DNA from: Octopus sinensis
Taxonomy: Eukaryota
DNA: 64,000 nucleotides
NCBI RefSeq assembly: GCF_006345805.1
Contig: NC_043002.1
Span: 67,580,001 to 67,644,000 of the forward strand
Direction of reading: 5' to 3'
Below are positions 27,852 through 42,337 of the stretch, one piece after another. The stretch's first letter is position 1. Each line of letters starts with the position of its first letter. Under the pieces are notes generated by a model, which saw only the letters and a list, made by a program, of their open reading frames with translations, was not told the DNA's origin and did not search any database. Position numbers and translations under genes: made by a program.

Positions 27852-28299
27852 CATACATACATACGAACACAGATGACAAATCTGGTTTTAGTGTAAATCA
27901 TTCGTTTTACGAGACTACTTTAAAAAAAGGTATATAACATGCTATACATAATATATTTCAATTATATGCTTTAGAGATTTAAAGTTGCATGGCTTGGTTT
28001 AAGTAGCAAGAGTCAAAGCTCAAATGCAGGTATGCATGTTAGTGTTGTCTCTTCGGGTGTGTAGTGGATTAAACTAGATTACTTTCATTTTCCTACCTCA
28101 TGTATGTTGTGGTGTGCGTATCATATTCACATGAACACAAGTATTTATCTGTAATTGATCATATTTATCTTCTCTCTCTCTTTCTCTCTCACTCTCACTC
28201 TCTCTCTCCCTCTCTTTCTCTCCTTCTATCTATCTATCTACTCTATCAGGAATCATTATACTTATTTGTCTATCTTTATATCTTTACATAAGTCAATCT

Positions 28300-29520
28300 A
28301 TTGTCCATTTAGAAAATAGGTCTGCACAGAGACGGTGGTCTGATCATGATCGGCTCTTTATTAGACCTACCCTAATAAGGTTCATAAACGAGTTGTAGGC
28401 ACGCTTAGATAATTCCAAAACTCACAGTAAATTCTAATATGAAGAGTATCAATTTCCTGGATATGACTTCAAACTCAAAATACAAGTAAATATCTTCCTT
28501 TCATAAAAGCAATGAAAAGATCCCATATTTAAATAAACTATCTAATCACTACCCTTTAGTCTTATAAAAAAACAAACAAACTAGTAAGCAACATTAGTAG
28601 ATGCTCATCTTGTTCAATGAAGAGTCCTTCAATACTGCCTTTTATTGTTACAACGCCTTAACAGAGAGTAGTTTCAAAAACAAAATACAATACATGCAAA
28701 GTACCAATAATGATTTCAAATGATTGGCACAAGGCCAGCAATTTCGGGGAAGGATTTAGTCGACTACATCGATCCCAATCCTCAACTGGTATTTTTTTTT
28801 TTTTATCGATCCCGAAAAGATGAAACGTAAGGTCGATCTCGGCGGGATTTTAACTCAGAACGTAAGGACGGACGAAATACTGTTAAGCATTTTCCCCGGA
28901 GTGCTAACGATTCTGCCAGCCTAATACATAGCCACTTTCCTAACACACACAGGCTTAAACAAAAGTACAGAAACGGCTGTAGTTACACTGAAAATCTCGC
29001 CATTTCAGCATCAAAGATTAATAAAAGAAATCGTACAAACACACAAGCAAAATCACGAATAAAAATATAAAGGCCTGAACCCTTCACCAAAGTTTGTTCA
29101 TGTGGACTAAACAGAAATTATACCGGGTCTTACAACCAATTCATTTAAAAGCAACAAAACGCATCATTCGTTCTCCTTTTGTCCCAAAATACTGAAACAC
29201 AGGGTCACTGGCTAAATACAATTGGGTTTTAAAGACAAAATGAAAAAGACATTGCAGTATATTAGTCAGTCATTAAAAATTCCACCTCATACATCAATGT
29301 ATCCCAAAGTTGTCATCTTGATCTTTAATATCCTAATAAAGGATATAATAAACTATTGAATAAAGAATCTCAGCTCATCTCAAAGTGCCGACATGAAGTT
29401 CAATACCGCTTGAGATAATTCCATCTAGAGACAGAAAAATCGCTGGATCTGTGCGAATCAATCATCAACGTCAAAACGTTTTACTCTAACACTACAAAAA
29501 AAAATCAACTAAAACCCGTT
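28300..29520 (+). mobile_element. Decayed Penelope-like element (RT thumb to GIY-YIG), interrupted by a SINE at ~28720-28920
   Basis: NSNMKSINFLDM, YLNKLSNH, LIHSHFPNTHRL, YTGLTTNSFK and LLNKESQLISKCRH fragments in the expected order. Confidence 0.8.
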
Positions 29521-29582
29521 ACAAAACATTTATGATCCTATTGTTGCATCGTTTTATTCACCAAAATTATTTTTCATTTTTA

Positions 29583-30796
29583 CGAGGTCCCTAGCAAAAG
29601 TAATGTAAAAGTTAATTTTTTTTATTAACCGAGATAGGTCGTTCAAATTATACATATTGGTAGACTAACTCTTCTTCTATAGTAACTACTTTTCCTATTC
29701 TTCATTGCAATTGATTTCTTTACGAAGAAAAGGCTGCAGACCGTCTGATATCCAAAGAAGGCAATGAAAGACACGGGCGGTTGTTTACGGAAATACAACA
29801 ATGTGTACAGATGAATGAAGAAGTTTAAGGAAAGAAGTACAACACTGAATATATAACGAACTGTGAGAAACGATCAGCTGCGACCACTGACACAAATCGC
29901 TAGTGAGTTGACGAACCGCAATCCGTGACCTTGCTGCACAATTGGACAGTGGTCACAATGCATTACAGAAGATGGTAGAAGACTTTGGTTATCGGAAAGT
30001 GTGTGCAAAGTCGGTACCTCTGCAACTGACACCCAATTTGACAGCGGGAAGGATGGAAGTCTGCTGATCTATTGGGAGCGTTTGAAATCAATGAAAACGC
30101 GACCGCACTCCGATCTGGTAATGAGTTAAAACATGGTCGTATCTCTAAGATCCGGAAACAAAAACTCAGTCCATGGGATAGCGTCACGTCTCTTCTCCAA
30201 AGTCTAAGATGTTCAAGAACCAGCGATCATAATAACTGTTTTGAAATTACATGGGCGTCATTCTCTTCGATATTCTGATATGTTACTGCACCGTAAATAG
30301 CGAGCCGTACATTGAGACAGTCAAAAAGCTTAGAGAGAGACGCTGTAAGAATAGATCGAACAAGAATCTGAAAACAATTCAAATTCACCATAAGGCGCGA
30401 CCATACACATTCTTTTGTAGCAAATCGGGCAATATGCAAATTGTCTAGTCAGTGATCTTACCATCCACTATAAAAGCCTGGATCTATGGTCCTCTGACTT
30501 CCACCTGTCCAGTTCAATGTACAACAGTTTTCGGAAACAGCAATTTGATGGCTCAGACGAGGTGAAAGTGGCTGTGAAAAAAGCGGATACAACAACGCAA
30601 ACCAGAATTACTCCGAAGAAGATTCGCCGGCTGATTTCAACTTTGGCGCAAATGAATCGCTTGTGATGGAGACTGTTGAATAGTTCCATTGTATAAAGGA
30701 AGAGTTACTCTACCAACAAGCGCAATATGAACGACCGCTATCGTAGTTAATAAAAAAAAAAGGCCCATTTTTGCATTATTTTCAACACAACCCACG
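29583..30796 (+). mobile_element. Decayed mariner transposon (pseudo-transposase)
   Basis: GYRKVCAKSVP, DPETKTQSM, GVILFDIL...TVNSEPYIETVKKLR, HH..ARP and LDLWSSDFHL motifs across frameshifts; degenerate TIRs; TA at the left end. Confidence 0.85.
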
Positions 30797-30814
30797 TGCT
30801 ATACGCGCGCATAC

Positions 30815-30849
<35 letters not shown>

Positions 30850-31765
30850 TGCATATTAAATGTTAAAGGCTTCACGATTATAAGATCACGAGTTCGATCC
30901 GTCCAATATGACAACTTGGACGACTGCCTTTTGCCAGAAATTCTACATTCGGGATTTGGAAGAGAAATGTTTGGAAGTCCGTCGGACAGAGAGTAGCTGT
31001 AGTTCTACTTTATTCTCATTCTTACTCTTGCTCGTATATTTTCTATTTACTTTTAATGGTATTCCTTCGGTATTGGTCTAGAAAATGTAAGTATGAGGAG
31101 ACAACGTCATTCACCCTCTTTTTCAGCCTAGCCTCTTTGTGTCACGAAGGAAGGTTGAGCGGGTGAATGACATTGTGTACTAACGTCGAAGGATTGCCCT
31201 TTTAATTTTATTCTTTTCATTTTCTGTTGCAGTTTTCTTTTCATTTTTTTACCCTATTTTATTTCGTTATTTTTCTTTAATTTAAAAAAAAAATTTCCCT
31301 ATTTTTTTTATTGACCTTTGCAATAATCGTTATCCTAGTTCGCTCAAGCGCCACGATCCCAAACATATAACAGACAGAGAGATGCAGATGGATGAATAGA
31401 CGCAGGCATAAGTAAGCAAATAGATATATACATAAATGTAATGGATAGGCAGATGGAAGCGTGGTGAATAAATGCATGGTCACATGGATATGTGGACGGA
31501 ACGATGGAAGGATAAACAGATATAGTGAGTGGTGGACAAACACATCGACAAATTGACAGCTGCATAAAACAGATTGACAGATGGATGAATGGATAAATAC
31601 GCGCGTATTTGTGAGGGCGATTGGAGATGTGTATGTGTGCTGTTGTGTGTGTGCGTGTGTGTGTGTGTGTGAATGCATGTGTATAAATATGTACGTATGA
31701 ATGTGAATATAAATTTGGGTATATATATATGTGTGTGTGTGTGTGTATAAATATATATATATATA

Positions 31766-32041
31766 TGCTTGGGTTTCAAGGGCCCACAGCTGTTTAACTT
31801 TATGCCGAAGCATCTGAGGAGCCTCCATGGAGTGGATGTAGACGTTTTCAAACGTGAACTTGACCTCTGGCTCGCCGAGATCCCGGATGAGCCAATATCT
31901 AAGCAAGAAACCCAAAAGAGGGCAGAAGCATCGAACTCCATCCTTCACCAGAAACCGCTCCGACAAAGGTGGAAAGTGGAAAGATGATTACAATGGCGGT
32001 GCTCCAGCATGGCCACAGTCATTGGACTGAAACATATAAGA

Positions 32042-32045
<4 letters not shown>
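31766..32045 (+). mobile_element. 5'-truncated CR1/L2-group LINE 3' end with 3'UTR
   Basis: GPQLFNFMPKHLRSL...FKRELDLWLAEIPDEP...RAEASNSILHQ, stop at 31985-31987, then the tail ggcggtgctccagcatggccacagtc...gactgaaac. Confidence 0.8.
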
Positions 32046-32126
<81 letters not shown>

Positions 32127-33552
32127 ACGTATATGTATATCTATGTGTGTGCATAGTTCTGGATAGGTAGGATACATACAAGCGCGCGCACACACAGACA
32201 CAGAGGCATATCGATATGCGGGTGTGTTAAATGTGTGGGAGGTGTATGCGTGGGAGATGTACGTGTGTATGAGAGCATGTAAATGTAGATATGCATGCAT
32301 TCGGGCATGCGTGTGTATGTATACATATACGGAACGGATATGTGTGAGCGTGTGCGCGTGAGTATAGAGGCACGTGAGCGTATGCATTTGAGTGGGGGTG
32401 GAGTCGTACCTACATAAATGTGTGTCCCCCCCCCACCTCTCTCACTCGAATTTGTTTCTTCATAACTTTCATAGAAATGGATATTTTTTTTAATGAAATT
32501 TTCTACAAATACCTTTCACATAGCACAGATTCCAATTATATCGGAAGTTAATATGCAAAAATAAAACTGGTGGGCACTCACACATGCATACTAAAACGCA
32601 TTGCATAATTTTTTTTCAAAATTTCTGGTTTCATTTTGCAATTTTGTGTGTGCATGTGAGTGTGTGAGAGATGTGTGTCAGTATGCATATATGAGCGCCC
32701 AATTACTGTTTGCTTGTTTTGTTGTTTTTTTTGTTTTTTTTGTCTCTGTGCGCGCACAATCAATTTTTTATTTTTTTATTTTGCTCTTATGTAAATTCCG
32801 ATATAATTGGAATCAACACAATCTGAAAGGTATGAGAAAGCTGAGTCTAATAGGGGGCACATTTGTGTAGGTATACCGTGTGTGTACGAACATTAAATAT
32901 ATGTATACGCGCGCAAATGCATAGGCTTATATCTATATAGTGACAGAGAGAGAGAGAGTGAGTGTACGTGTGTGTGTGTGTGTTTGTGTATGCGTATAAA
33001 TACATTCATATTTACTGACAAGATAACGGACAGAAAGACAGACAGCTCTGTCCATCTTTCATTCTGTTGCAATGTATAAACGGTAATGAAGGAATGCCGT
33101 ATATGGAGCTACAGCATGGCCGCAAACATCAAGAAACTGAAACAAGCAGAAATAATACAAAAATAAAATATCTGCGAAGAGCTAATCTCGATTCTTAGAA
33201 CACACAACTTAGTTTAGAAAATCAAGTTACATAAATGAGTCTATCACAAAAATCAGTGTTTCATTACATTCTAATTTGTTTGAATTGGTTTATAAATTTT
33301 GGGTCTACATTGCTTGCTTTGCATTCAAGCAGGAAATGCCATGGATAGGGACGTGCGCGCACGAACACACATACACACACGCACGCACATATGCACGTAT
33401 ATACACACGCACACGCACACACATGCGAGCACGGAGGTGCAAAACAAGTTGGGAGAAAAGGGAACTCGTATACCAAAGGCAGAGTAAAAAGGGATCTATT
33501 CCATCACAATCACAGATTTTTTAATTATTTTATATTTTTTTTTAACTAAACA

Positions 33553-33701
33553 GGCGTAGGAGTGGCTGAGTGGTAAGTAGCTTGATTACCAACAACATGG
33601 TTCCGGGTTCAGTCCCACTGCGTTGCACCTTGGGCACTATAGCCTCGGGCCGACCAAAGCCTTGTGAGTAGATTTGGTAGACGGAAACTGAAAGAAGCCC
33701 G

Positions 33702-33777
<76 letters not shown>

Positions 33778-33979
33778 ATGTTTGTGTTTGTGTCCCCAAC
33801 ATCGCTTGACAACCGATGCTGGTATGTTTACGTCCTCGTAACTTAGCGATTCGGCAAAAAGAGATTGATAGAATAAGTACTAGGCTTACAAAGATTAAGT
33901 CCTGGGGTCGATTTGCTCGACTAAAGGCGGTGCTCCAGCATGGCCGCAGTCAAAATGACAGAAACAAGTAAAAGAGTAA
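33553..33979 (+). mobile_element. SINE family A, near full length, CpGs retained
   Basis: Same head and tail as 85-570. Confidence 0.9.
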
Positions 33980-34824
33980 ACAGTTTGAAACTTCGAATAC
34001 TGGTAGAATTTCTCACGTAGAACACGGTTTACTCTGAACGTTTTTGATAAATTTTCGTATTTTAGAAGTTATTTCGTGTTAAATTTGTCGAATTTATGAC
34101 AGAGATGGAATACATCCATAAAAAGTAGCGTTTTATCTGAAACTGTAAAGACTCCAGAAACCATATTATAGTTATGAATATTCACGACTGCCTGATAATC
34201 GGTTGTGTGAAACTCCGAGTAACAGCTGGTGAAGTCTTTTCATCTTCAATAATACATTCTGTGTGTGTGTACATGCGTGCACGTGTGTATTCTATTCTTT
34301 TACTTGTTTCAGTCGGTTTACTGCGGCCATGCTGGAGCACCGCCTTTAGTCGAACAAATCGACCCCCCAGGACTTATTCTTTGTAAGCCTGGTACTTATT
34401 CTATCGATCTCTTTTGCTGAATTGCTAAGTTACGGGGACATAAACACAACAACATCGGTTGTCAAGCAATGGTAATGGGTTGGGGACAAACATTTTTTCG
34501 TTATAAAATATCATGTTTTAGGTTTTAAAATTCAGTTACGTGATTAGCGGTATTCGTGAAACTTTGAGTAATCAAAGAAAGTAAACTCAGCACTACAATA
34601 TGTGTATGTGCGTCTGTCTTCGGTCTTGTTTCATTCATTGGATTGTGGCCATGCTGGAGCACCGCCTTGAAGGGTTTAGTCGAACAAATCAACCCAACTA
34701 TTTCGATTTTTTTTCGAGTCTGGTACTTTATTCTATCTGCCTTTTTTGTCGAACCGCTAAGTTAAGGGGACGTAAACGAACCAACACCGGTTGTTAAATC
34801 GTGTGCGCGTGTGTGAACAAATAT

Positions 34825-34874
<50 letters not shown>

Positions 34875-35397
34875 AGCTTCCACACAGTTTCCACCAAACA
34901 AATTTACTCACTCAAGTCATTCGTCGGCCCGGCCCTATAGTAAGAGAGACTTGCCTAAGGCGCCGTACAGTGGGACCGAGTCAGAAAGCACACACGCACA
35001 CATACAGAATTCACAGATCCGTTTTAAGTAGGATCAACAATGTACTCCATCTGGTGAGAAATAAATGTATGAATGTGATGTGATGTGTATGTGCGTGCGT
35101 GTGTGTGTGTGTGTACATGTGTATGTATGCTTGCAAGTAGGTAGGTAGGTATGCATATATGCATTCATGCATGTATTTATGAGTATGTGAACATTCGTGT
35201 GTGTGTGCATGCGTGTGCATATGTGTGTATGCGTGCGTGTGTGGATATATGCTTGCAAGTAGGTAGGTATGTATGCATATATGCATTCATGCATGTATTT
35301 AAGAGTATGTGACATTCGTGTGTATGTGTGTGCGCGCGCGTGTGCGTGTGCATGTGTTTGTGTGCATATGTGTGTATGCGTGCGTGTGTGTGGACAT

Positions 35398-35451
<54 letters not shown>

Positions 35452-36102
35452 AAGCCAATATCGTCTGCCTAAACGTCAGCCCGAATGCTTGACAGAGCAG
35501 ACTCCACTAACGGCAACCACAGAGCCAGGTGGTGATGTCAAAAGCGAGGCAGATAAAGTCAACCACCGAAGTAGGTCACAACAGTAGGGTTTCTTTTAAA
35601 CAAGTTGCATTGAAAACCAGACTGTGTTCTAATTTTATCTGTTACATATTTTCTTATCTTCGAATTAGTCCCTTGTAGTTTGTTTGGAACAGACCCTAAA
35701 ACAAGCACAGGCATGGCAGCATCGTTAAGAAGTTCGTTTTGCGACTACGTGGTTTGAGGTTCAGTCCTCCTACGAGGCATCATGGACAAGTGCCTTCTAC
35801 CAACATCCTTGGCCAACCAATACCTTGTGAGTGTGAGTTGGGAGACGGAAACTGCGTAGAAGCCCGTTGTATGTATGTATGTATGTATGTATGTATGTAT
35901 GTATGTATGTATGTATGTATGTATGTATGTATGCATGTGTATGTATGTATGTATGCATGTGTATGTATGTATGTGTATGTATGTATGCATGCATGTATGT
36001 ATGTATGTATGTGTGCATGTATGCATGTATGTATGTATGTATGTATGTATGTATCTATCTATCTATCTATCAGTCTGTCTGTGTGTGTGTGTCTGTCTGC
36101 CA

Positions 36103-36137
<35 letters not shown>

Positions 36138-36151
36138 CATCTTTCTTTCTT

Positions 36152-36209
<58 letters not shown>

Positions 36210-36376
36210 AGTCTGTCTGTTTGTCTATCTGCCTATCTGTCTATCTATCTATGATGAATGAGCAAAAACAAGAAAAACACAAGTGTGAGAAGTTTGCACA
36301 AAGGTGTTATATAATCAATCATCTGAGAATCGGTAAGCCAGAAATATGCACTCGTATATTTGTTAATAAAGTATTA

Positions 36377-36572
36377 TAGATCCATTTCCGCCCGATCTTA
36401 CCAATCTGTTTCGCACTGGGTATTAGATAACTGGACATTAGATAACAACGCAGTTAAATAACACCACGTGCTCATCAGAGGTGGAGTGGGGGGTATTTGG
36501 CAGACACCATAATACACCATTATCTAATACTCAATGCGAAACCGATTGATTAGACCAGCTGAAATGGACCTA
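36377..36572. mobile_element. Small MITE
   Basis: Imperfect ~50-bp TIRs (tagatccatttc...gtattagataa / ttatctaatac...gaaatggaccta), TA flanks. Confidence 0.6.
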
Positions 36573-38644
36573 TATACTTACGTTGTGTGTGTGTGTGGGG
36601 GGGGGTTCTTGTGTGCTTGTGCGCGCGTTTGTGTCTATGTCACCATCTCCACCACTCGTATTGTTTACGTTCCTGTAACTTAACGGTTTGGTCAAAAGTA
36701 CTATAGCTGGCAGACACGTTAGCGCGCCGGGCGAAATGCTTAGCGGTATTTCGTCTGTCGTTACGTCCTGAGTTCAAATTCCGCCTAGGTCGACTTTGCC
36801 TTTCATCCTTTCGGGATCGATAAATAAAGTACCAGTTTTGCACTGGGGTCGATGTAATCGACTTAATCCCTTTGTCTGTCCTTGTTTGTCCCCTCTAAGT
36901 TTAGCCCCTTGTGGGCAATAAAGAAATATATACTAGACTTTAAGGAGAATGCATAAGTACTGGGGTTGATTTGTTTCACTAAAACTGTTCAATGCGGTGC
37001 CCCACCATGGCCGCAGTCTAATGACTGAAACACCTAAAAGATAAAGAGAATAGCCATCATTAACATTTCTAGATCTTCGGTGCATCGTGTGTCGATTGAA
37101 GTGACGTTGGCCTGCGTTGCTACATCTTTATTTTTGGAAAGATGCAATGTGATTGCTGCACACATTACAACCAAAATTGATTTTTTTTATTTCTTCCTTA
37201 CCATTAAATTTAGATGCTCTAACACTAGTGTTTATCTATTATTATTGCTTTAAAGTGGCGAGATGTCAGAATTACAAGAAAGTTTTTTTTTAATATATAT
37301 ATATATTGCGTTATTTGTCCCAAGTTCTACATTCACTGGGTCCAAAATCCACTGAGATCAACTTCACCTCTCATTCTTTCGAGGTCGATAAGAAAAAAAA
37401 ATAGGACCAGTTGAACATTAAAGGTCAATGTAATCGACTTCCTTACTTTCGAAGTTGTTGGCCTTGTGCCAAAATTAGAAAGATCTTTTTTTTTTTAAGC
37501 AACGGACTGAAATTTTAGTGGAGGGAGCTAGTCGATCGACTCCAGTGCTCAACTGGTATTTATTTCATCGACCCAGAAAGGATGAAAGGTAGAGTCGATC
37601 TCGATAGAATATGAACTCAGAACGTAAAGACGGACGAAATGCTATGATATTTCGTTTCGGGATTTGGTTTGCAAGATTCTTTATGTGAGTTCGTGTGTTG
37701 AAGCATATTCTGTTGTGTCTGGGGAGAGTCATTTTCTTTTTGTGCCTTAAAAGACAATTGAAAAGGTTGCAAGACGCAACGAAAATATTAGGAAAATAAA
37801 AATAAGAAACAAGTGGAAATTTTACCCGGTGAGTGTGTTAAATTATAAATAAAAAGAAAATGACTCTCCCCACATACAACAGAACAGTAATGATGTTTGT
37901 TAACATAGGTTCAAGGCCAGAAATTTAGAAGTGGGTAACAATCAGTTTAAATCAATCACAAAAGATGTAAAATAATCTTTTCTACTCTAGGCACAAAGCC
38001 CGAAATTTTGGGGGAGGGGGCCAGTTGATTAGATCATCTTCAGTACGCAACCGGTACTAAATTTATCGACCCGGGAAGGATGAAAGGCACAGTCGACCTC
38101 GGCGGAGTTTGAACTCAGAACATAAAGACAGACGAAAAAGGATATAAGATAATGCTCGAAGAATTGTTTATGGCTTTCAATGAGAGGTGACACAGATCAA
38201 GTTTCGACAAAGTAGAGGCGTTCAAAACAAAGGAATATATTCACATTGACTTGTATGTAGAAGTCAAAGGACAGCGTTGAAGTCCAATGTGTGTGTTTTT
38301 AAGAGTAGTGGGATGGAGTCGGTGGAGGGATAGTGAATGTCGTAGTGAAAGTTATATACATTAGGAGAATAGAGTAAGGACAAAGTGGTGGGGAGATACT
38401 AGATTAGTAACCAAAATTGAAGATGGGAAATGGAATAATTTTTTTTTATATAACATTGTATAATTTGGTAAGGCACTATACAAATATGCGATCTTTTCAG
38501 TTTGACTGCCAGTCTTCAATCTATCTATCTATCTATCTATCTGTGTATGTGTATTTTCATTTAGATAGATAATCTAAATGAAAGTACACACGCACACACA
38601 TTGATGAACATAATATATATAAACAATTATATATATATATATAA

Positions 38645-38987
38645 AGGGGTAAAGACCCCCTTCGGTCATGAATGACCATGGGATTGCACCTAGAAAGTTA
38701 CCCTCCTAGACACAAGTCCGGGCAAGGTTGTTTATGGAAGACCAGCAGTCGCCCATGCATACCAGCCTCCCCTCTCCACGCCACCAGTGTTATCCAAGGG
38801 AAAGGCAAAGGTCGATACAGCTTGGCACCAGTGACGTAGCAACTCATTTCTACAGCTGAGTGAACTGGAGCAACGTGAAATAAAGTGCCTTGCTCAAGAA
38901 CACAACACGCAGCCCGGTCCGGGATTCGAGCTCACAACCTCACGATCGTAAGCTCAACGCTCTAACCACTGAGCCATGCGCCTTCAC
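38645..38987 (-). mobile_element. SINE family D, near full length
   Basis: tRNA-like head (sense gtgaaggcgcatggctcagtggttagagcg...gttcgaatccc-like); decayed relatives at ~18080-18260 and ~50100-50330. Confidence 0.8.
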
Positions 38988-39051
38988 TATATATATATAT
39001 ATATAACGGTGGTGCATCAGTATGGCCGCAGCTCTGAGCTGAAACTAGAGA

Positions 39052-39108
<57 letters not shown>

Positions 39109-39134
39109 TTCCTTTCTTTCTCACGCTCTTTCGC

Positions 39135-39172
<38 letters not shown>

Positions 39173-39849
39173 CGTGTGCGTGCGCGCTTGTTCTCAACTT
39201 TTCTAGGATGGATAGTTGGGAAAAGTAAACCATTTCAGTTTCCGTCAGACATGAATTATTTCCCCTTAGTATTGCAATGAAAGATTAAGAGATATTGTGA
39301 AAAATAAATCAAAACTAGAAAAGAAAAAGAGAAATTAATAGAACAAAAATAGAGGAAAGAAATACATGTGAAACAGAGAGGGAGAAAAAAATTAAATTGA
39401 AAAATAAGTTGAATGCATATGCATATATTTACAATATATGTATTGTGCGCGCGCGTGCGTGTGTGTTTGCACGTTGTCTGGTGAAGGTAGATAACATAAT
39501 TACATAATAGATGCTTCCCAGAGTGTCTACACTTCTTGAAAAATTTTGACACAGTGATCAAATAGAGATCAGCTATATAGATTTCTATGGATGAGGTATT
39601 TCTTTGCAATGCAAAAATGACATCTATTTCCATTCTTGTGAGACTTTGATCTTTCAGTAATATTTCCACTAGTTTCATAACAGAAAACTTTCCTTTTAGT
39701 TGCCAGGCAGTCAGCCAATTTTATTGATTTTTATTATTGATATCTATAATAGAAAGTATTGTGATATCATTATTTGAGCACCCCTCAGCTATGCTCATAT
39801 ATCGTTTACATGACATGTTAAGGTTTGGTTTCATAGAAGTAGCATAAGC

Positions 39850-40200
39850 TTCATATATGATTACTTTTGGGTTGCAAGATAAATCTAATGGACATGCTTT
39901 GGAGTTTTTGCATATGTATGACCTCGATGTTATTGGGGAGGAGTGTGTATGATATGCTCTTCGTGTATGTAGTACAATTGTAGTTTAATTTAAAATTATA
40001 TCTGTTAAATATCTTTCTATTTTTATGATTAGTTGGGAAATGTTTATCTAGCATGTTTAGAAAGACTTTAACAATATGAGATTCAGCATTAAGGGAAAAG
40101 GTGTGTTTTGAACCATATATAATGGTACCTTTTCTTAGTTTGGACACAGATAGCTGACTAAGCAATTTTGTTTTTGAATTCTTTAGCTGGTGAGGAATTA
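39850..40200 (-). mobile_element. Penelope-like element linker fragment
   Basis: FSLNAESHIVKVFLNMLDKHFPTNHKNRKIFNRYNFKLNYNCT resembles the PLE RT-endonuclease linker. Confidence 0.8.
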
Positions 40201-40620
40201 TTACCAGCAGCCAAGATGTGGTTCCGCCGACGGGTCTTTCGAGTGATGCTACTCGACTGAGTGCGTAAGTCGGAGACCAGAGAGGCACTCCAGGTAGAGC
40301 CGCTACTTCTCTAAGATGAGAGATCACAGCTCCGATATTATGGGCATGTGGAAGAATATCTTGGGAAAGAATTGCTGGACAGGTTTTTCGGGCAAAACCA
40401 ACTGGCAGGAGACCCAGGGATAAACCACGAGCAAAATGGTTAGATAACATCCATGAGCTTTGTTGGTCTCGCTTGGGGATCCAGTTGGATCAACTTGAGA
40501 TGGTTGCTTCCGACAGGAAACGTTGGAAGACGTGCTTGAGGACTCTGCCTTCACGATACTTCCACCTTCTCAGGATTAGGTGAACGAAGAAGATGAGCTG
40601 AAATGAAATGAGATAAGATG
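40200..40620 (+). mobile_element. RTE (Expander/Rex3-like) LINE 3' end abutting the PLE remnant
   Basis: SQLRYYGHV...KPTGRRPRDKPRAKWLDNIHELCWSRLGI...DRKRWK; older copy at ~54150-54480. Confidence 0.8.
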
Positions 40621-40726
40621 AGAAAAAAATAGGAAAATCATTCTACGAATATTATTGAGATTCCTATGACCTATGGATGAGTAGCATGATCCTATATTGA
40701 CATGAGTTTTCGTTGGACTTTCTGAT

Positions 40727-40881
40727 CACTAGCGTAGCCAGGGAAGAGGGGCAGTCCGCCCGGGCGGCACTTTTCATCCTGTTGTAGGCTATTGCTGTAA
40801 GTAATATGCGCTTTTTGTGGGGTCCTGGGGCGACAAACGGAAGAGCCGACCCGGGCGACACACACTCTAGCTATGCTAGTG
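40727..40881. mobile_element. hAT-type MITE
   Basis: TIRs cactagcgtagc / gctatgctagtg; TSD tttctgat/tttcttat. Confidence 0.75.
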
Positions 40882-41092
40882 TTTCTTATAGGTTAATATA
40901 AGTATGTTGTTAAATCTAAAGTACACACAATGTAGTAACTACAGTTATATTTTTGGTTTAAAATATTTCCTTAATGTGTCTAATTTATGCTTGTTGCTTA
41001 CAATTAATTTGACATCTCTATGAACGTTGAGTAAATTACTTGCAAAGTATATTTGAAATGTATAATTATTCGAGATTGCATACTTCTGCGCG

Positions 41093-41898
41093 GGTCCTAC
41101 CTACGAAAACACCCCGGAGCACGTCGTAGTACGCCGTAGCATGCCGGAGCCCGTTGTAGCACGCCGGAGCACGTCGTAGCACGCCGGAGTACATCGTAGC
41201 ATGCCGGAGGGTTGATCTTGACATATTAATATATTTTTACTAATTAGTTAAGACTTGTGAACGCCGTAGATAATGCTTAATTGTTTTGTTTTTGCGTTCG
41301 CGACAATAAAACAGGTCATCTGTGGTTGTATTGCACACTCTGCTTGGCGTCTCAGTTGTTCTTGTCGGGTATCTTCAATATGTTTCTTTATTCCGTCGGT
41401 TTCCGCGTCATCGTATCTTCATCCGAAAATGCTCAAGCGTGCACCGAAGTGTCCGCTTCGAATTTCTATTGTTGTCGGTGGATGGATGAGATTTATTTCC
41501 CAAAAACTTTCAGAAAGGGTACGCTTTTAGGCCGTTTATGACAGAAACGGAACAACCTTGAGATTGGTCATCTTCATAACTTCATAGCTAAAAAGATTGT
41601 CGTTTGTGGTGTTGCAGGCTGCGCGTGAGAAGTGTGCCATGTGTACCTTCTGTAATCGTTATCAAGAAAAAAACAATTGTATTATTCTCAAATTATTGTG
41701 TTTTTCTCTCGGTGAAACATCGCTGCCTTGATGACAAGTCTATGGCGTGCAGAAAACATTTTCCGACTTATGACAAGTCGATGGCGTGCTGAAATTTAAA
41801 CAAGTCTACGGTGTGCACAAGTCTTAACTGATTATTAGATATATTTTAATATATCAAGATCAACCATCCGGCGTGCTACGACGCGTTTTAGTAGGACC
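41093..41898. mobile_element. Non-autonomous DNA element with TIRs and subterminal 20-bp repeats
   Basis: Ends ggtcctac/gtaggacc; inner ~40-bp inverted block (41196-41236 vs ~41840-41880); tandem cacgccggagcacgtcgtag variants at 41110-41210. Confidence 0.65.
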
Positions 41899-42337
41899 TC
41901 TTCTGTGCTGTTACATGATACCATTATCACATCACTTCAACCAGTTGGGACGTGACGTCGAATCTAGATAGAATCTGTGTCAAATGTAGTTTTTTCCTAG
42001 CATGCATTATAATCTCGAAATCGTTACTTTCAGTTTTACTGTTCTTAAGAAGTAGGGATTTGGATTGTGAAAGATAAAACTCTATCGTGTCAAACTAGCT
42101 AATCGCTTTTTTTATATATATCATTGCTGTAGGTGAACATGTTTCTTAATGTAATTAATCAAGTTTAATAGTCTCTTGTTGCCCAATTTAAATGCAAAAA
42201 TATAAAAAGATTTGATACTTCTACTGCGTAGACTCAAGCTCAAAAATCTACATAATTATAATGCTTGTTTTAACACCCCCGCTTATTAACATTTTGAAAC
42301 GCATTTATTACGTAACAAAGCCATAAATAACCAACTT

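Noticed and set aside
41110-41210. Short direct repeats (also 2156-2217) considered as a CRISPR-like array
   Set aside because: No unique spacers, eukaryotic context, no cas genes.
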